Assembly (NCBI RefSeq): GCF_009914755.1
Contig: NC_060930.1
Length of the DNA stretch: 64,000 nt
Origin: the human T2T-CHM13v2.0 reference genome, Homo sapiens
Reading direction: 5' to 3' (one strand)
Both the position numbers and the translations under genes were made by a program. Of the stretch, positions 1 to 21,973 are shown piece by piece. The stretch's first letter is position 1. Each line of letters opens with the position of its first letter. The notes beneath the pieces were generated by a model. That model was not told the origin of the DNA. It saw nothing but the letters and a program-made list of their open reading frames with translations, and made no database searches.

Positions 1-354
1 ACAGAGCACTGATTGGTGCGTTTTTACAGAGTGCTGATTGGTGCATTTACAAACCTTTAGCTAGACACAGAGCGCTGATTGATAGACACAGAGCGCTGAT
101 TCATGCGTTTTTACATAGTGCTGATTGGTGCGTTTACAATCCTTTAGCTAGACACAGAGTGCTGATTGGTGTGTTTTTACAGAGTGCTGATTGGTGCATT
201 TATAATCCTTTAGCTAGACACAGAGCACTGATTGGTGCGTTTACAATCCTTTAGCTAGGCAGAAAAGTTCTCCAATTGCGTTTACAATCCTTTAGGCAGA
301 AAAGTTCTCCAAGTCCCCACTCGACCCAGGAAGTCCAGCTGGCTTCACCTCTCA
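1..354 (-). mobile_element. LTR12 (ERV9 LTR), 5' U3 portion with tandem CCAAT-containing repeats; continues beyond the left edge
   Basis: Reverse strand begins TGAGAGGTGAAGCCAGCTGGACTTCCTGGGTCGAGTGGGGACTTGGAGAACTTTTCT at 354; repeats of (TAGCTAAAGGATTGTAAATGC)ACCAATCAGCACTCTGT; ATTGG at 12, 37, 124, 165, 190, 231. Confidence 0.9.
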
Positions 355-544
355 TCTTCACATTGTCATCCCTCTGTTTATGTGTTCTACTCGCCCCATT
401 TTGAGGACTCCAGACATATTGGATTAGGGCCCACCTTAATGACTTCGTTTAAAAGGCACTGTCTCCAAATACAGGCACATTCTGAGGACTAGGGGTTAGG
501 GCTTCACATATGAATTTTGAGGGAGACACAGTTCAGCCCCGACA
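355..544 (-). mobile_element. MLT1-type (ERVL-MaLR) LTR fragment interrupted by the LTR12
   Basis: ggattagggcccacc...tctccaaataca...cacattctgagg...catatgaattttg..gacacagttcagccc matches the reverse complement of MLT1B/C. Confidence 0.7.
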
Positions 545-570
545 ATCTGTTTAAGAAGTTATGTGTTGGT

Positions 571-1229
<659 letters not shown>

Positions 1230-1585
1230 CTACGCCATGAGGCCCAGGCAGCATTCTTTTTCACGTGACTGGCTTTACCTGTTCTTCAGAACCATGCTTA
1301 CTTTTGTATACCCTGAGAAGCATATTATGCCTCTGTATAAATCATTGTGTTATGTTATATTTAAGATTATCCTGTTAGCCTACTGAATAATGTGCTTGAA
1401 AAACTATTCCATACATTAACCTAAATTCCTAATTCATCTATTAAGCTCATTTCTTCTTTAATCTAGATGGAAGAATGTCAAACTATTTTATGTGATAATA
1501 TATTGTTTTCTGATTAAACTTTAAAAATTTTCTCTTAAACTGTTTCAAGCAGTTTTAAAAATTTATTTTATCTTATTTTACTTTT

Positions 1586-1884
1586 TAAGAGTTAGAAGTC
1601 TTGCTGTGTTGCCCAGGCTGAAGCATAGTAGCTATTCACAGTCTTGATCCCACTACTGATCAGCACAGGAGTTTTGACTTGCCTGTTTCCAGCCTGGGTC
1701 AGTTCTCCCCTCCTTAGGCATCCTGGTGGATCCCTGCTCCTGGGAGGTCACCATTGATGCTAAATTTGGTGCAGACACCTGATTGACATAGCGCACTACA
1801 GCCCAGAACTTCTGGGCTCAAGTGATCCTCCCACCTCAGCCTCCTAAGTAGCTGGGGCTACAATAGTGTGCCATGGAACCTAGT
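1586..1884 (-). pseudogene. Full-length 7SL (SRP) RNA retropseudogene, RN7SL-P type (probably RN7SL502P, from memory)
   Basis: Contains the S-domain absent from Alus (reverse strand ...GGTGACCTCCCAGGAGCAGGGATCCACCAGGATGCCTAAGGAGGGGAGAAC...GGAAAC...GTCAAAACTCCTGTGCTGATCAGTAGTGGGATC); A-rich tail; TSD CAAGCAGTTTT at 1546-1556 and 1887-1897. Confidence 0.92.
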
Positions 1885-2169
1885 TACAAGCAGTTTTTAA
1901 GAAACCATTCCAATGATTCCAATGTTTTCTTGAGAAGGTATCTGTTTTTAGAGATACATTTTCATTTTTCCTTATTTTAAAGATAATAACACATTCATTT
2001 TAGAGACTTTAGAATATTCAGTAAGACAATAACTTTTTAAAAGAAAAGTCACGTGATTCTACAGTTAAGGGAGAATAATCTTTTCCATCTTTTTTCTGTG
2101 GATACATTTATTGTTTCAACTTGCCTTTTAAAAATCTAATATATCAATACTATTTCACACTATTTCAGT

Positions 2170-4508
<2,339 letters not shown>

Positions 4509-4875
4509 TAAATTTTCCTTTGTGCCTGGAGTTAGGCTTATTTAACAAGTTCGCATATGTTGTATTCATTCAGTTCAAAATATTTTCTCCATTTCATTGT
4601 GTTCTGTTTTTGGTCCAAGGTTATTCAGAAGTGTGTTGCTTAATTTTCCAACATTTGAGGATATTTTGTTTTTGTCATTGATTTTTAACTTAATTCCACT
4701 GTGTTCAGAGAACATAACTATTCTTTCAATCTTTTGAAATGTATTGAGACTTACTATGTAGCCTGAATGTGGTCAGTTCTGATTAATTTTTCAAGTGTAC
4801 TTGCAAAAGAATTACTCTGCAATTGGGTGCAAATTTGGTTAATTTATGAATGATGTTATTCAAACCTTCTATATG

Positions 4876-5763
<888 letters not shown>

Positions 5764-5795
5764 TGATGCTGACAAAAGCTCTGCTTAACTTCTCA

Positions 5796-6110
<315 letters not shown>

Positions 6111-6235
6111 ACTTCTCAACTTTTTAGCTGCTGCTTTCTACTTAGCTTTATAGCCTTTTGGTAGCTGCTTCCAAATTGGCAAATATCTGGAGGAGAAAAG
6201 TGGTACAGAGTGTTGGGCTTAACTTATTTGCTTTC

Positions 6236-6665
6236 TCTATTAGCGTTCCACCAAAGAAAATAGAACCAGTAGTGTGTGTGTGTGTGTGTGTGTGTTCACA
6301 CACATACATATTAGGCTATTTATTGCAAAGAATTGGTTCACACTATGTTGGGGACTAGCTAGGCAAGTCTGAAACCCGTAAGACAGGTTGCAGCCAGGAG
6401 GGACAGGCAGGACCTCTAGGATAGGAGCAAAAGCTACAGTCTGCAGGCAGAATTTCTTCTTCCTCAGAGAAGTTTGTGTTCTGCCCTTAAAGCAACTGAT
6501 TGGATCAGGCCCACCCAGATTATCTAGGATAATCTTCCTTACTTAAAGTAAGTAACTATAGACTGTAATTGTATCTACCAAATACCTTGACAGCAACACC
6601 TGTATTAGTGTTTGAATAACGGGACTGTAGCCTAGCCAAGTTGATACATAAAATTGACCATCACA
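6236..6665 (-). mobile_element. MLT2 (ERVL) LTR containing a (TG)n microsatellite at ~6272-6294
   Basis: gattggatcaggcccacccagattatctaggataatct...gcctagccaagttgatacataaaattgaccatcaca. Confidence 0.8.
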
Positions 6666-6849
6666 TCTTCTCTGTAGGAATTCACTTCTTGAGTCTTGGC
6701 CACTTCACTAGTTGTCTGATGCCTTCAAACAGATGTTTTTTTTCTGTTTTACTCAGCTTTTCTGAGCGCTCTCCAGTAGGAGGTTTATTCTGGTAGAAAC
6801 TTGCCCATTGGTAGCAGTAGAAATCCCAGTGTTCTAGAAAATGTTCTGA

Positions 6850-10010
<3,161 letters not shown>

Positions 10011-10255
10011 TTTAGGTACAAAGGATAGCCCTTCCCAAGGAAGCCTTACACTATATACCATAATTTTTCACTTCATATTTTAACATTTTTAAAATCAGGA
10101 TGCATCTGAAAATTCTATTTAATACAATAGTGCTGCTTTTTCTTAAAAAGTTTTTAGATTGATGATGTCTTAGTGTCAAGTGTCTTAGGACTCAGAAAAT
10201 GGTGTGTGGGTTACATTATCTACATTGGCCTAATTTTTGACAAGACTGCATGAAA

Positions 10256-10497
10256 ACTTTTGACAGCAATTGGTGCTGGTCCTTGAACTAGATGACCTTT
10301 ACACTGTTTTCTGACAGTGATTTGTGGATTGTTTATAAACATGAATTTTCTACATGTTAGCTCTGTTACTACAGTACTTTTGACAGCAATTGGTGCTGGT
10401 CCTTGAACTAGATGACCTTTATACTGTTTTCTGACAGTGATTTGTGGATTGTTTATAACATGAATTTTCTACATGTTAGCTCTGTTACTATAGTACT
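10256..10497. repeat. 120-bp direct tandem duplication (2 copies)
   Basis: 10256-10375 vs 10376-10494: two C/T substitutions and a 1-bp indel. Confidence 0.97.
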
Positions 10498-11018
10498 GAT
10501 TTATGGATCTGTCCTCTAAAGCCTTCAACTCTTTTCTTGCTATATAAATGCTTAGCTCTTTTCTATAAAATAGTCAACTGTATTTACTAATATACTTTTA
10601 ATTTTTTAATTGCACTGCTTTAAAAAATGTTATTACTAAAAGTATATCCCTTGGATTTCCTAGAAGTTTGTCTTTAAATTATTCTTTACAGCCTATGCAG
10701 TTGTTCCTTTAGAGAGTTTTAGGTAATAGCCAAGTAGAGGAGTATCCTGGACACTGAAGACCTTACCCTGGAAATTCTATTATATGTTGACCAGCTTTTT
10801 TGTAGGAGTCGTGAGCTTTCTTTGACCTATTATGTGCCTTGGATTGTTCTCCTTAAGGTTTCATTAGAATGACCTTAACTAGTTAAGTTCAATCAAAAGA
10901 GGAAGCACCCCACATGGAAATTATAGAATTCCATCTAACCAGTATTTAGGTAATAAAGTTGAAAGAAGTTACAGCAGAATTAGATCTCTCTTTTTTTTTC
11001 CCGAGACTGAGCCTGTAG

Positions 11019-11286
<268 letters not shown>

Positions 11287-11519
11287 TAGAACTTAATTTG
11301 AACTCAGATTGTAAAATCAACCCCCATCTGGAGGTATTTGATTTAGAGGCTCTGTTGTAGCAATTATTTAAAGAGGAAAGGTGCTAGATGTGCCCATTAT
11401 CAGCACAGGAAGATTATATGTCCTAGCCCCCGGTCTTCAGCTTGAAATCACATTTCCAGTCCTGTAAAACATACATAGAAATTTTGAAGTGATTTATACC
11501 TATAAGGAGCAGCGGCACT

Positions 11520-11730
11520 GCATGGTGGTAAACAGCATGGACTATGAAGCCAGAAGTCTGGCTCCACTGCTTGTTAGCTGTGTGACTGTGGGAACTTTCC
11601 TTAACCTCCTTCTTCCTTCAGTTTTCTTATGTGTAAAATGAGGGTAACAATGGCATCTACCTCATAAAGTTTTTTGAGTATTAAATAATATTTATAAAGT
11701 ACTTAAATAATATATAGTGCATGATATGTG
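11520..11730 (+). mobile_element. MIR SINE
   Basis: ctggctccactgcttgttagctgtgtgactgtggga...ttaacctc...cagttttcttatgtgtaaaatgagggtaaca..tctacctcata. Confidence 0.75.
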
Positions 11731-12282
11731 TTAAATCAATTAAGTTTAAGTCCATCTGGACTTAGGATGTAATGTTTGCAGTAATTTGACATATGAAAGA
11801 ATCCAGCAGATTAATTTGTGATTCTCATTTAAGATATGTTCTTGAGTAATTTGGTTTAGATTTGATTATTAGTTGAAGAATGCTAGAAAACTTTGCTAAG
11901 TTTGAAAAGTGTTGTAATATTTAGGACCTTTTTATGTATACTATACTTATAAGTTTAATTTTTTAAACATCTACCAGAACTTTTTTAAAAAAGTACTTAA
12001 GGATTTGCTTGGTAGGCATTTGAAGTGCTAACACAGGAAAAGAGCATCTATTAAACTAAATGTAGTGAAGATGTTTGATGGGAATGCCAAATTTAGGGGA
12101 TTCATGTTTTATATTTAAACTGGAGGTGGGTACAAGAGTTTTTATTATATGGTTCTTTAAATCTTTTTATATGTAGTACATTAATATTTTTAAATTAGGT
12201 AATTAGGCTGATACAGTTATAAAAAAACTAAGGGTCTTTAGACTGTTAATATACTGAATTTAAGGTCTTAATGTAAATCCAA

Positions 12283-12423
12283 GTAACTCACATAGCCTTT
12301 TATGTGCACAAAAGCTGTCTTTCAACGTTAAGTTATATTGACAAAAAAGTACTGTAACTCATATAGTCTTTTATGTAAGTTAAAAGCTGTCTTTCATCTA
12401 AGTTATATTGACAAAAACGTACT
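12283..12423. repeat. Diverged ~71-bp tandem duplication
   Basis: gtaactca.atag.cttttatgt...aaaagctgtctttca...taagttatattgacaaaaa.gtact at 12283-12353 and 12354-12423. Confidence 0.9.
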
Positions 12424-13116
12424 AAGGGTAGTAAGTTAGGAGTGTCAAATAGAGGAGACAGGAAAATTTATCCAAGCAATTCTAATCTTGTCACCCTGTC
12501 ATTGTACTTTTATCTGTCAGCTTGTTAGCCTGGCCTGTGATTTGTAGAGAAGGAGGAAGGAAAAGGGAAGTGGAATCAGAGGAGTACGAGCTTTCCTGTG
12601 GAATTGTAATGCCTTCTTCTCTCCTGCTTCTCATTATGATTTTCTTCCAAGTAGAAATGAGGAGCAGAAATAGTCCTGTCCACAGATATCCTTTGAATTT
12701 TCTGCCTTGCCAAGCTTGTGTAGTTTTTTGCCTTAAATTCTATTTTGTAGGCTATTAATATAGCTTCACCAACTCTCTTTTGGGTATCTGCCCCTTTTCC
12801 ATCCTTCACCATTTTTCTGTTGTGTTAGTTTCATGTATTTTCATAACCCTTGTGGAGTATGATGATAACAACCCTTCGTAGTCTGTTACATATATAGTTT
12901 TTCAAGTCTGTTGTCTTTGTTTATAGGATCCTTTGCCATACAAATGTTTTTAAATGTTTTGTGGTCAGATTTGTCTTTCTCATTTCGCTTTTGGGTTTTG
13001 GGTCTTGATTAAAAAGGCCTCCCAACCCCTAGATTGTAATCTCCTGTAACATTCTTGGAAAAGAATATTGTTGTGATTCAGCTTCTCATCTATGAAATGA
13101 AAAGACTATACTGAAA

Positions 13117-13298
13117 CAGTAGTTCCCAAACATCGCCAGTCAGTGGGAGATCACTTGAGGAGCGTGTTACAAGTTCAGATTCTCCAGACCCAACTAAAGA
13201 CTTATTGAATAAGAATCTCTGGGGAATGGGGCCCAAGAAGATGTTTTAACAAGTTCCTCTAAGTGATTCTGATTATCAGCTGGATTTGAGAACCATTG
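13117..13298. mobile_element. MER5-type hAT DNA transposon
   Basis: cagtagttcccaaac...cagattctccagaccc...gaatctctgggga...gtgattctgat...tttgagaaccattg. Confidence 0.7.
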
Positions 13299-14189
13299 GA
13301 CAATATGATCACTGAGGTCTCTTCTGATTCTAAAATATCATTTCTGTATTATGTAACTCTTAAATAATACATTATCTCAACAACTAGATTGTAAGCTCTT
13401 TGAAGGTAAGCAAGACTGTGTCTTAGGTAATACCCTTTTCTTCGCTGTCAGCCCACTGAGATACTTACTACCTCACTCCTAGACAATTTTAGTAACCTTC
13501 TCTTATAGCCCCTCCAGTCTGTCTGTGGTCTTATTTATCTTAAAGCAACATTTTGAACATGACACCTTCCTGCAGAAGCTTTGGCTACAAGACAGAATCC
13601 TATTTTACCTTATAATCTAAGTGCCTCTGTAAACTAGCCCCAACTTTTTGTCTTTAGCTTTACCCAAGGGAGTGTGTACAATTATCTAAGCTGTGCTTTA
13701 TACAGCTCCTTAGATGATGATGTGCATGGTCTTCCCTGGAATTGTATGATATGGTGGTAACCTTGACTTTTCCCACCCTTTTGCATTAATCCTTCACTCT
13801 AGCCTGATTGGTTTACTTTCTTTCTCTTTCATATGGTAATAAAGCCTTGTTTATTCTTATTTTCCTGCCAGTTATTTGTCATTCATCTTGCCTGGAATGC
13901 CCTTTTTCCCTTTTCTGTATCTAATCTCTCCATATTAATAGCTACACAGTGGAGTATTATGCAGACATAATAAAGAATGAGGAATATGTGTATGAACTCC
14001 CATGGAGTGATTTCCAGGATATACTGTTAAGTAATATAACAAGGTACAAAATATGGTATTTTATTTGGTAGAATATGGTATTCTATCTTTTGTATAAGAG
14101 AAAAAAGGAGTTAAGAATATATGTATATGTACACACATACTTCCTTATGTCTGCAAAGAGAAACATTAAAGATAAACTAACAAAACCAA

Positions 14190-14523
14190 TGCTATGGTTT
14201 GAATGTATATGTCCCTCCAAAATTGTTGTGTTGGAACTTAAACCCCCAAGGTGATACCATTAAGAGGGGAGGCCTTTAGGAGGTGATTAGGCCTTATAAA
14301 AGGGAATTGAAGGAACCTAGCTAGCCCTTCTCCTTCCATCATGTGAGGACGCCTGGATGCCATCATCTTTGAGGAACAGCCCTCACCAGATACCCAATTT
14401 GCCAGCACCCTAATCTTGCTTGGATTTCTCAGCCTCCAGAACTGTGAGAAAAGAAATTTCTGTTCTTTATGAATTACCCAGTCTCAGGCATTTTGTTTAT
14501 AGCAGCACAAATGGACTAAGACA
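14190..14523 (+). mobile_element. MST (ERVL-MaLR) solo LTR inside an old L1MC-like 3' fragment (~13940-15000)
   Basis: tgctatggtttgaatg...cagcctccagaactgtgaga...ttacccagtctcagg...atagcagcacaaatggactaagaca. Confidence 0.85.
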
Positions 14524-15769
14524 ACTGGTTATCTGTAGGGAATAAATAGGAACAGATTGAGAGGGAAAAAGGGGAAGGACAGAGACTTCTCTGAACATTC
14601 CTTTTTTATGAGTCTTCAACTTCGGAACCATGTAAATGTTTTACATATTCAGGAAATACATTTTAAAAATAATGGGAAAATGCTATGATTGAATAAAAAG
14701 AGAAACAAAAGAACCTACCTTACAGAACATATAGAGAAAAAATACACAGTAACTTTTGAATATAGCATGCTGACTGTACATCCTTAGTGGGATATGCTTT
14801 AAGGACAAAAAGAACTGCTCCCTTGACCAAAACACCTAAACTTAGTAGGTTTATTGTTACTAGTAATTTGACATTATAATTCTGAAACTAGTCTATGAAC
14901 CAAGAATTTCAATGTGAAGGAAAAGATACACTAATATAAAATGAGTTAGGAAAAACCAGTATTAAATTTGAACTGAAAACATCAGTATAAACTCTATTTA
15001 TGAATGAATGAGAGAGACTGGGTCTTGCTCTGTCATGGGTTGGAGTGCAATGGCATGATAATGGGTTACTACAGCCTTGACCTCCCAGGCTCAAGTGATC
15101 CTCCTTCCACAGCCTCCTGAGCAGCTGGGACAACAAGTGTACACCATCACACACCAGCTAATTTCTTATCTTTTGTAGAGACTCAGTACTTTCGGAATAT
15201 GATAGCCTCTTACTGTGAGTTCATAATAGTCCTAGAAGGAGGTCTTGTAGACATTTTAGATTTTCCCCATCCCCCTCTGTTTCCCCTCCCCCAAACTTCA
15301 TCCCATTTTAACCTATTCCCAGAAATTCTGGGTGTCACCAGAGAGCATTATGTGCAGCAAAACAGAAAACCTGCTTAACAGAAAACATTAGCAGAGTTCT
15401 CATTAGCATGCATAAAGAAAAAGCACAATGGAACTAGACCAAGTGGTTTTCACATAAGAACAGACTGGAAGGGCTAGGATTTTTCAGTTTGGAATGAAGG
15501 TTTGGCAAAGATATAACTACTTCTTAAGTTTGATTATGGGATATGGGTTAAGGGCAGATTAGCTTATTTACCAAATTCTGTGGCATCCTACTTCATTTTC
15601 ACCTCCCACCTCCTACACAGAGTGGAGATACGGTCCTAAGTATAAACAAGGGTACTGCCTTTTGAAAGATCATGTCCTTGCACTATTAACGGTATGAAAT
15701 GGTGGCTCACGCCTGTAATCCCAGCACTTTGGGAGGCCAAGGTGGGTGGATCATGAGGTCAGGAGATCA

Positions 15770-16048
<279 letters not shown>

Positions 16049-16805
16049 TTAGTTTTTTTTTGTTTTTTTTTTTTTTAATCTGAGTAGTTCAATGGTAGGA
16101 TATTGAATTTATTTAAGGGAATAGTGATCTAGGTAAATATCTTGTTTTCTTCAGAAATAATTGATTAGGAGAAATTGCAAATAAGAAAATATATAAATTT
16201 ATTATCTACAGGCTGTTGTGGATTCATACTCAAGATGATTGTTCTAGAGAGAAACCAGTACATTCTTTTTTAGGTGCAAGGAATATGTAGAGATAATTCC
16301 ACTATCAAAGACTGTATATACATTTTCCAAGATGGGGAGATGATGGTGATAAAACTATTTTGCTGTTCCAGGTCAGTAAAATCAAGACTTAACAAAATAT
16401 GGGCCTTCATGGGAGGCCTGTGAAATAAATAATAAAATATATACTCTTAAAATATATAGCTCCTCAGAGTGTATAAAATGCTTTCACAGAATGTATGGAA
16501 GTGAAGCATGAACTGGCTTGCTGGATGTTTTCTTTGCTTCACAGCTGTATATTCTGGGTTCCATTATTAATATACATTTTAACTCTTGCTGCCTTTCCAA
16601 AGCAGTCTCTTCAGTTACTGTTAAGCTATAACAGGGTGGTGAACCTCTGGTTCTTGCACATTGCTGTGACCTTCAGAGTTGTGTTGACCAAAAAATAGTT
16701 TTGCAGCAATAGAGAATTATATTGTTGTTGAAGTGTTTTGTTTCTTTTCTTTTTTTTTTTTTTGAGATGGAGTCTCTCTCTGTCACCCAGGCTGGGGTGC
16801 TCTAA

Positions 16806-17225
<420 letters not shown>

Positions 17226-17698
17226 TAAATTTTTTTTAGAGATGAGATCTTACTATATTACCCAGGCTGGTCTTGAACTCTCAGGCTCAAGAGATCCTCC
17301 TGCCTTGGCCTCCCAAAGTTCTGAGACTACAGGTGTGAGCCACTGCGCCTTGCCTTTTTTTCTTTCCTTTTTTTTTTCCCCGCCTTCAATCTGTTCTGAG
17401 GACGAAGATTCATTTGGGGGATGGCTACAGAAGTGAACCAGGGTAGGCAATGAAAATATCATTCAAAGTTGAATGAAGCGTCCATGCTGGAAGGGGAATA
17501 GAACCTTACTATTATATTTAAACTGCCTGCTCTGGTTTGTTGAAGAACTTGGTATCAGTTTGCTTCTTAGGTTTTATAAGTCAAGAGATTTTTGTTCCAT
17601 CATTCTGGGATTTTAGAGGAAATAGAGTTTATAGGGGACTTTGGGAAATGCTGGGTTCGGTGATATCTGAAAGTATGTGCCATTAAACATTAATCCTG

Positions 17699-18296
<598 letters not shown>

Positions 18297-20758
18297 CTGA
18301 AGGATTTCTTGAAAAAAGAAATTCTGAAGCCAAATCCATTTGGGAAAACTCTGCAAACTGAATCCTCTCTTGGAGTTCCATAGTACGCTCTGATCTTACT
18401 CGTCAAAGCATTTGTTTGTTATAAACAACTTAAATATTGATAGGGAGGAGAGTAAAATTGTATTAATAGAATATTATACAGCCCTTAAAAATGAATGAAC
18501 TAGATCTCAATCTTCAATCATGGATGGTTCTCAAGAACATTTAGAAAAACATTACAGAATGAGAATGAGGCATATAGTATATAATTTGTGTGTTTTTTAA
18601 AAACTGTATGCTTTCCCCAGTATATCTGAATAATAAACATGCATTTTAATAAAGTCTGAAAGGATTCATCCAAGCAAGTAATGATAGTTACTTGGAGAAA
18701 TGACTGGGATTAGGAATGATGATCAAAAGGTCCTTTTTTGCATTATCTATAAGGTTTGAATTTTCTTAGGAATATATTTGTGTATTACTTATAATAAAAA
18801 TTAATTAAATGCAAATACCTGTTAAGTGCTGAGAAAGTTACTTTATTTTCCCTCCGTGGTGATACCTACCCTGCTAAACTCCAAGTACATCCATTTATTA
18901 GTTCACCATATACAAATTAAACTGATTTTGGAGCCCTGGTTTTATAAACTAGGACATTTTTTATACCATGATAACAAAACGATTTTCTTACATTATGAAG
19001 ATTAAATTAAGTGGCTTATACAGTCTAGTCCATACAAGTTCTCAAGAAGCAGGCTCAGTCAAGCTTATTGTGTGTTGGTTCAAGAGATCTTTTCGAGTGC
19101 AACAAAGAGAAGTTTGAACTTGGTTCTTGAGCAGCTGGAGGAGCTGTAAATAGATTGGAATATTATGGTTCAAAACCAGTTAAGATTAAAGAAGCAGACC
19201 GTCTTTGGTAATGTTCTTTCCAATTCCATGGACCTTGTTCTTTATCTTATTCTGTAGACTTGATTTTGACATCTGAGCCACACTTGAAGGCATTGGTGGT
19301 TCTGTTTGACTTTACCAATCACCAAACATCAATTTTAAATGGCTGCATTTTCATAATATAAATACTTTATTTTTAAGAAAGGATAATTGTGAAAAAAGCT
19401 GTAGTCACATTGAAGGTTTTCTATCAATACATTCACTTTATTCCTTCAATTTGCTTAATAAGAGCCATTGTCTGAGAAAGATTTCATCAATTGAAAGTAT
19501 CTCTTTAGCATGATTTATTTTCAGGCATATTCCTCTATCCATCCTATCAAAGTGGTCATTTTTACATTTCATCTAAGTGAAAACTTGGATCAGGGCATAA
19601 ACTGATCAATTTTATGCTAAAAATATTTTAATATATGTTATGAAGGGATTCAAAATTTCATTTACATTACAGATATTATGTTTATTTTTTATAGATGTTT
19701 ATTGGCACCTACCACATGCTTGGTATGCCAGGAAATTCAGAGTATTAAAATGCATTACTGCCCTTAGTGAGCTTCCTGTTTCCTAAAATATTAAGCATGT
19801 AATCCATATGCATACAAATTACTGGTGATTTAAGATGATTCTTCCACCAGAATGCCAGTGGAAATTTGTACAGTGTAAACTGTGAAAGTGCTAAGTAGAG
19901 TGAACTTCAGAAATATTTTGAGTAGCCGCCATCGAGGATGGAAGGGTTGCAGGGCGTGATTAACCAGCAGAAAGTTATGAGGCCCCCTGTGTGGCTGCTG
20001 TGGCATCTCCATCCTGCCTCATCACTGGGGGTCTTGCACGTGGCAGTCACATAGTGTGTGTTGTTCATGGGGACTCTGCACTGCTTTCGAGAGAGATGAA
20101 TGACATGATTAGCTTTATAGCCAGTGTGATTTTGAGGTGGGGTTTCGGGATTGAGCATAAGGTATACAAAGTGAAAGAGAGAAAAGGGGAGATAAAAAGG
20201 AGAACTTGAGCTCTACAATCAGAATTAGCTTTTTTCTTCAGCTCAGATGATTCTCACACTGGCTTTAAGGTTGTGATTGTTTTTTAATTTCCTGGCGCTT
20301 AATTGTTGCAACAGTGTATGTGTCAATTTTAAAAAAACATAGGTTTTCTTTAGTTGAAAAGTTGGACTCTCTGCTGCCCTATGTCTCTGTAATATGAATA
20401 CCACAAAATTATTGTACCACCATTTAATGTAGAATTGATCAAGAATGTGACCAAAGTCAGTGAATTTGATGTCTGTTCATGGATAAAATTATTCCCTGGT
20501 AACAAGTTTATCTGCATTCTTAGTAATTTGATAAAGACCATTTAAATCAGCCTGATTCCTATCGATATAAAAATCACAAAAATGTTTAAGATGCCTATTT
20601 CTCCTGAGAACAGGAATGCTAGCTGTCAGTTTTCTAGTTTTGCTTTCATACCATGGAATTCCTTAGAAATCTGTTTTGTGAGTTCTAAATCATGCATATT
20701 CCTGTGTTCCAGGATTTCTCTCTGATCAAACGGACAGTTCAGGACTCAGAATCTAAGG

Positions 20759-20918
20759 ATGAATGTTCACCGTGGCAGTGACAGTGACAGGTTATTGCGG
20801 CAGGAGGCCAGCTGCTTAGTGGATGATACTTTAGCTGTAGCCCAAGAAAAAGAAGCAAACAGCCTGGCTTCATCTGGTCCTCATAATCTTACTTATCCTC
20901 TAGGTCCCAGGAATGAAG
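20759..20918 (+). CDS. KCTD20: KCTD20 first coding exon (exon starts at 20713, with 46 nt of 5'UTR)
   Basis: ttccag acceptor at 20712; ATG 20759 MNVHRGSDSDRLLRQEASCLVDDTLAVAQEKEANSLASSGPHNLTYPLGPRNE; GAAG|gtacag donor. Confidence 0.95.
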
Positions 20919-21500
20919 GTACAGTGATTAACTCTTGACTTAATTTGGGGGGCTTTCCAATACTAGAGCATCTACTCTACCCAGAAGGCATGAATGTTTT
21001 TAATCTAAATAAATTATCCAATTAATTGCTTAGCTTGCATGTCACAATTACATAAAGCTGACCTTCACAGAAACTCTCCACTTATTTAATCAGTCTAGCA
21101 CATCTAATATGGTGATAATGGTATTAAAACAAACAAACAAAAACAGCCACAGGTTTGGAGTCAGAAGACATATTCAACTTCTAGCTCAGCTGCTTATTAG
21201 TTGTAACCATGGATGAGATCCTCAGTCTTTCTGAGCCCTGCTTTTTCTTTACTTTATTTTTTATTTTTATTTTTATTTTTTGAGATGGGGTCTCACTCTT
21301 CACCCAGGTTGGAGTGCAGTGGCGCGATCTTGGCTCACTGCAGCTCTGCCTCCCAGGCTCAAGTGATCCTCTCACCTCAGCCTCACGAGTTGCTGGGACC
21401 ACAGGTGGGTACCACCACACCCAGCTAACTTTTTATATTTTTGGTAGAGACAGGGTTTCACTATTTTGCCAAGGCTGGCAAGCCTCACTTTCTTAATCTA

Positions 21501-21644
<144 letters not shown>

Positions 21645-21973
21645 CTACTAAAAATACAAAAATTAGCCGGGCGTGGTGGCAGATGCCTGTAATCTCAGCT
21701 ACTTGGGAGTATGAGGCACAAGAATCGCTTGAACCTGGTAGGCGGAGGTTGCAGTGAGCCAAGATCACACCACTGCGCTCCAGCCTGGGCAAGAGAGGGA
21801 GACTGTGTCTCAAAAAAAAAAAAAAAAAATTCTCCCTACCTCACAAGGCTAGTAGATTAACAAATTAATAGATGTGAAAGATCCCGATAAACTGAAATTC
21901 TTTTTAACTTTTAATTAAAACAATAGCACCAATAATAGCAACTACCATTTATCGAACATTCACTGTACTAGGA

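Noticed and set aside
1-312. Regular repeats resembling a CRISPR array
   Set aside because: LTR12 U3 tandem repeats; no unique spacers or cas genes, and the context is human
10256-10497. Duplicated unit as a tandem C/D snoRNA pair
   Set aside because: CTGA is present but there is no RTGATGA C box with a terminal stem
15179-15214. Possible 36-nt Alu-derived micro-exon in KCTD20 intron 1
   Set aside because: Weak exonic donor context (ACT|gtgagt) and no independent support
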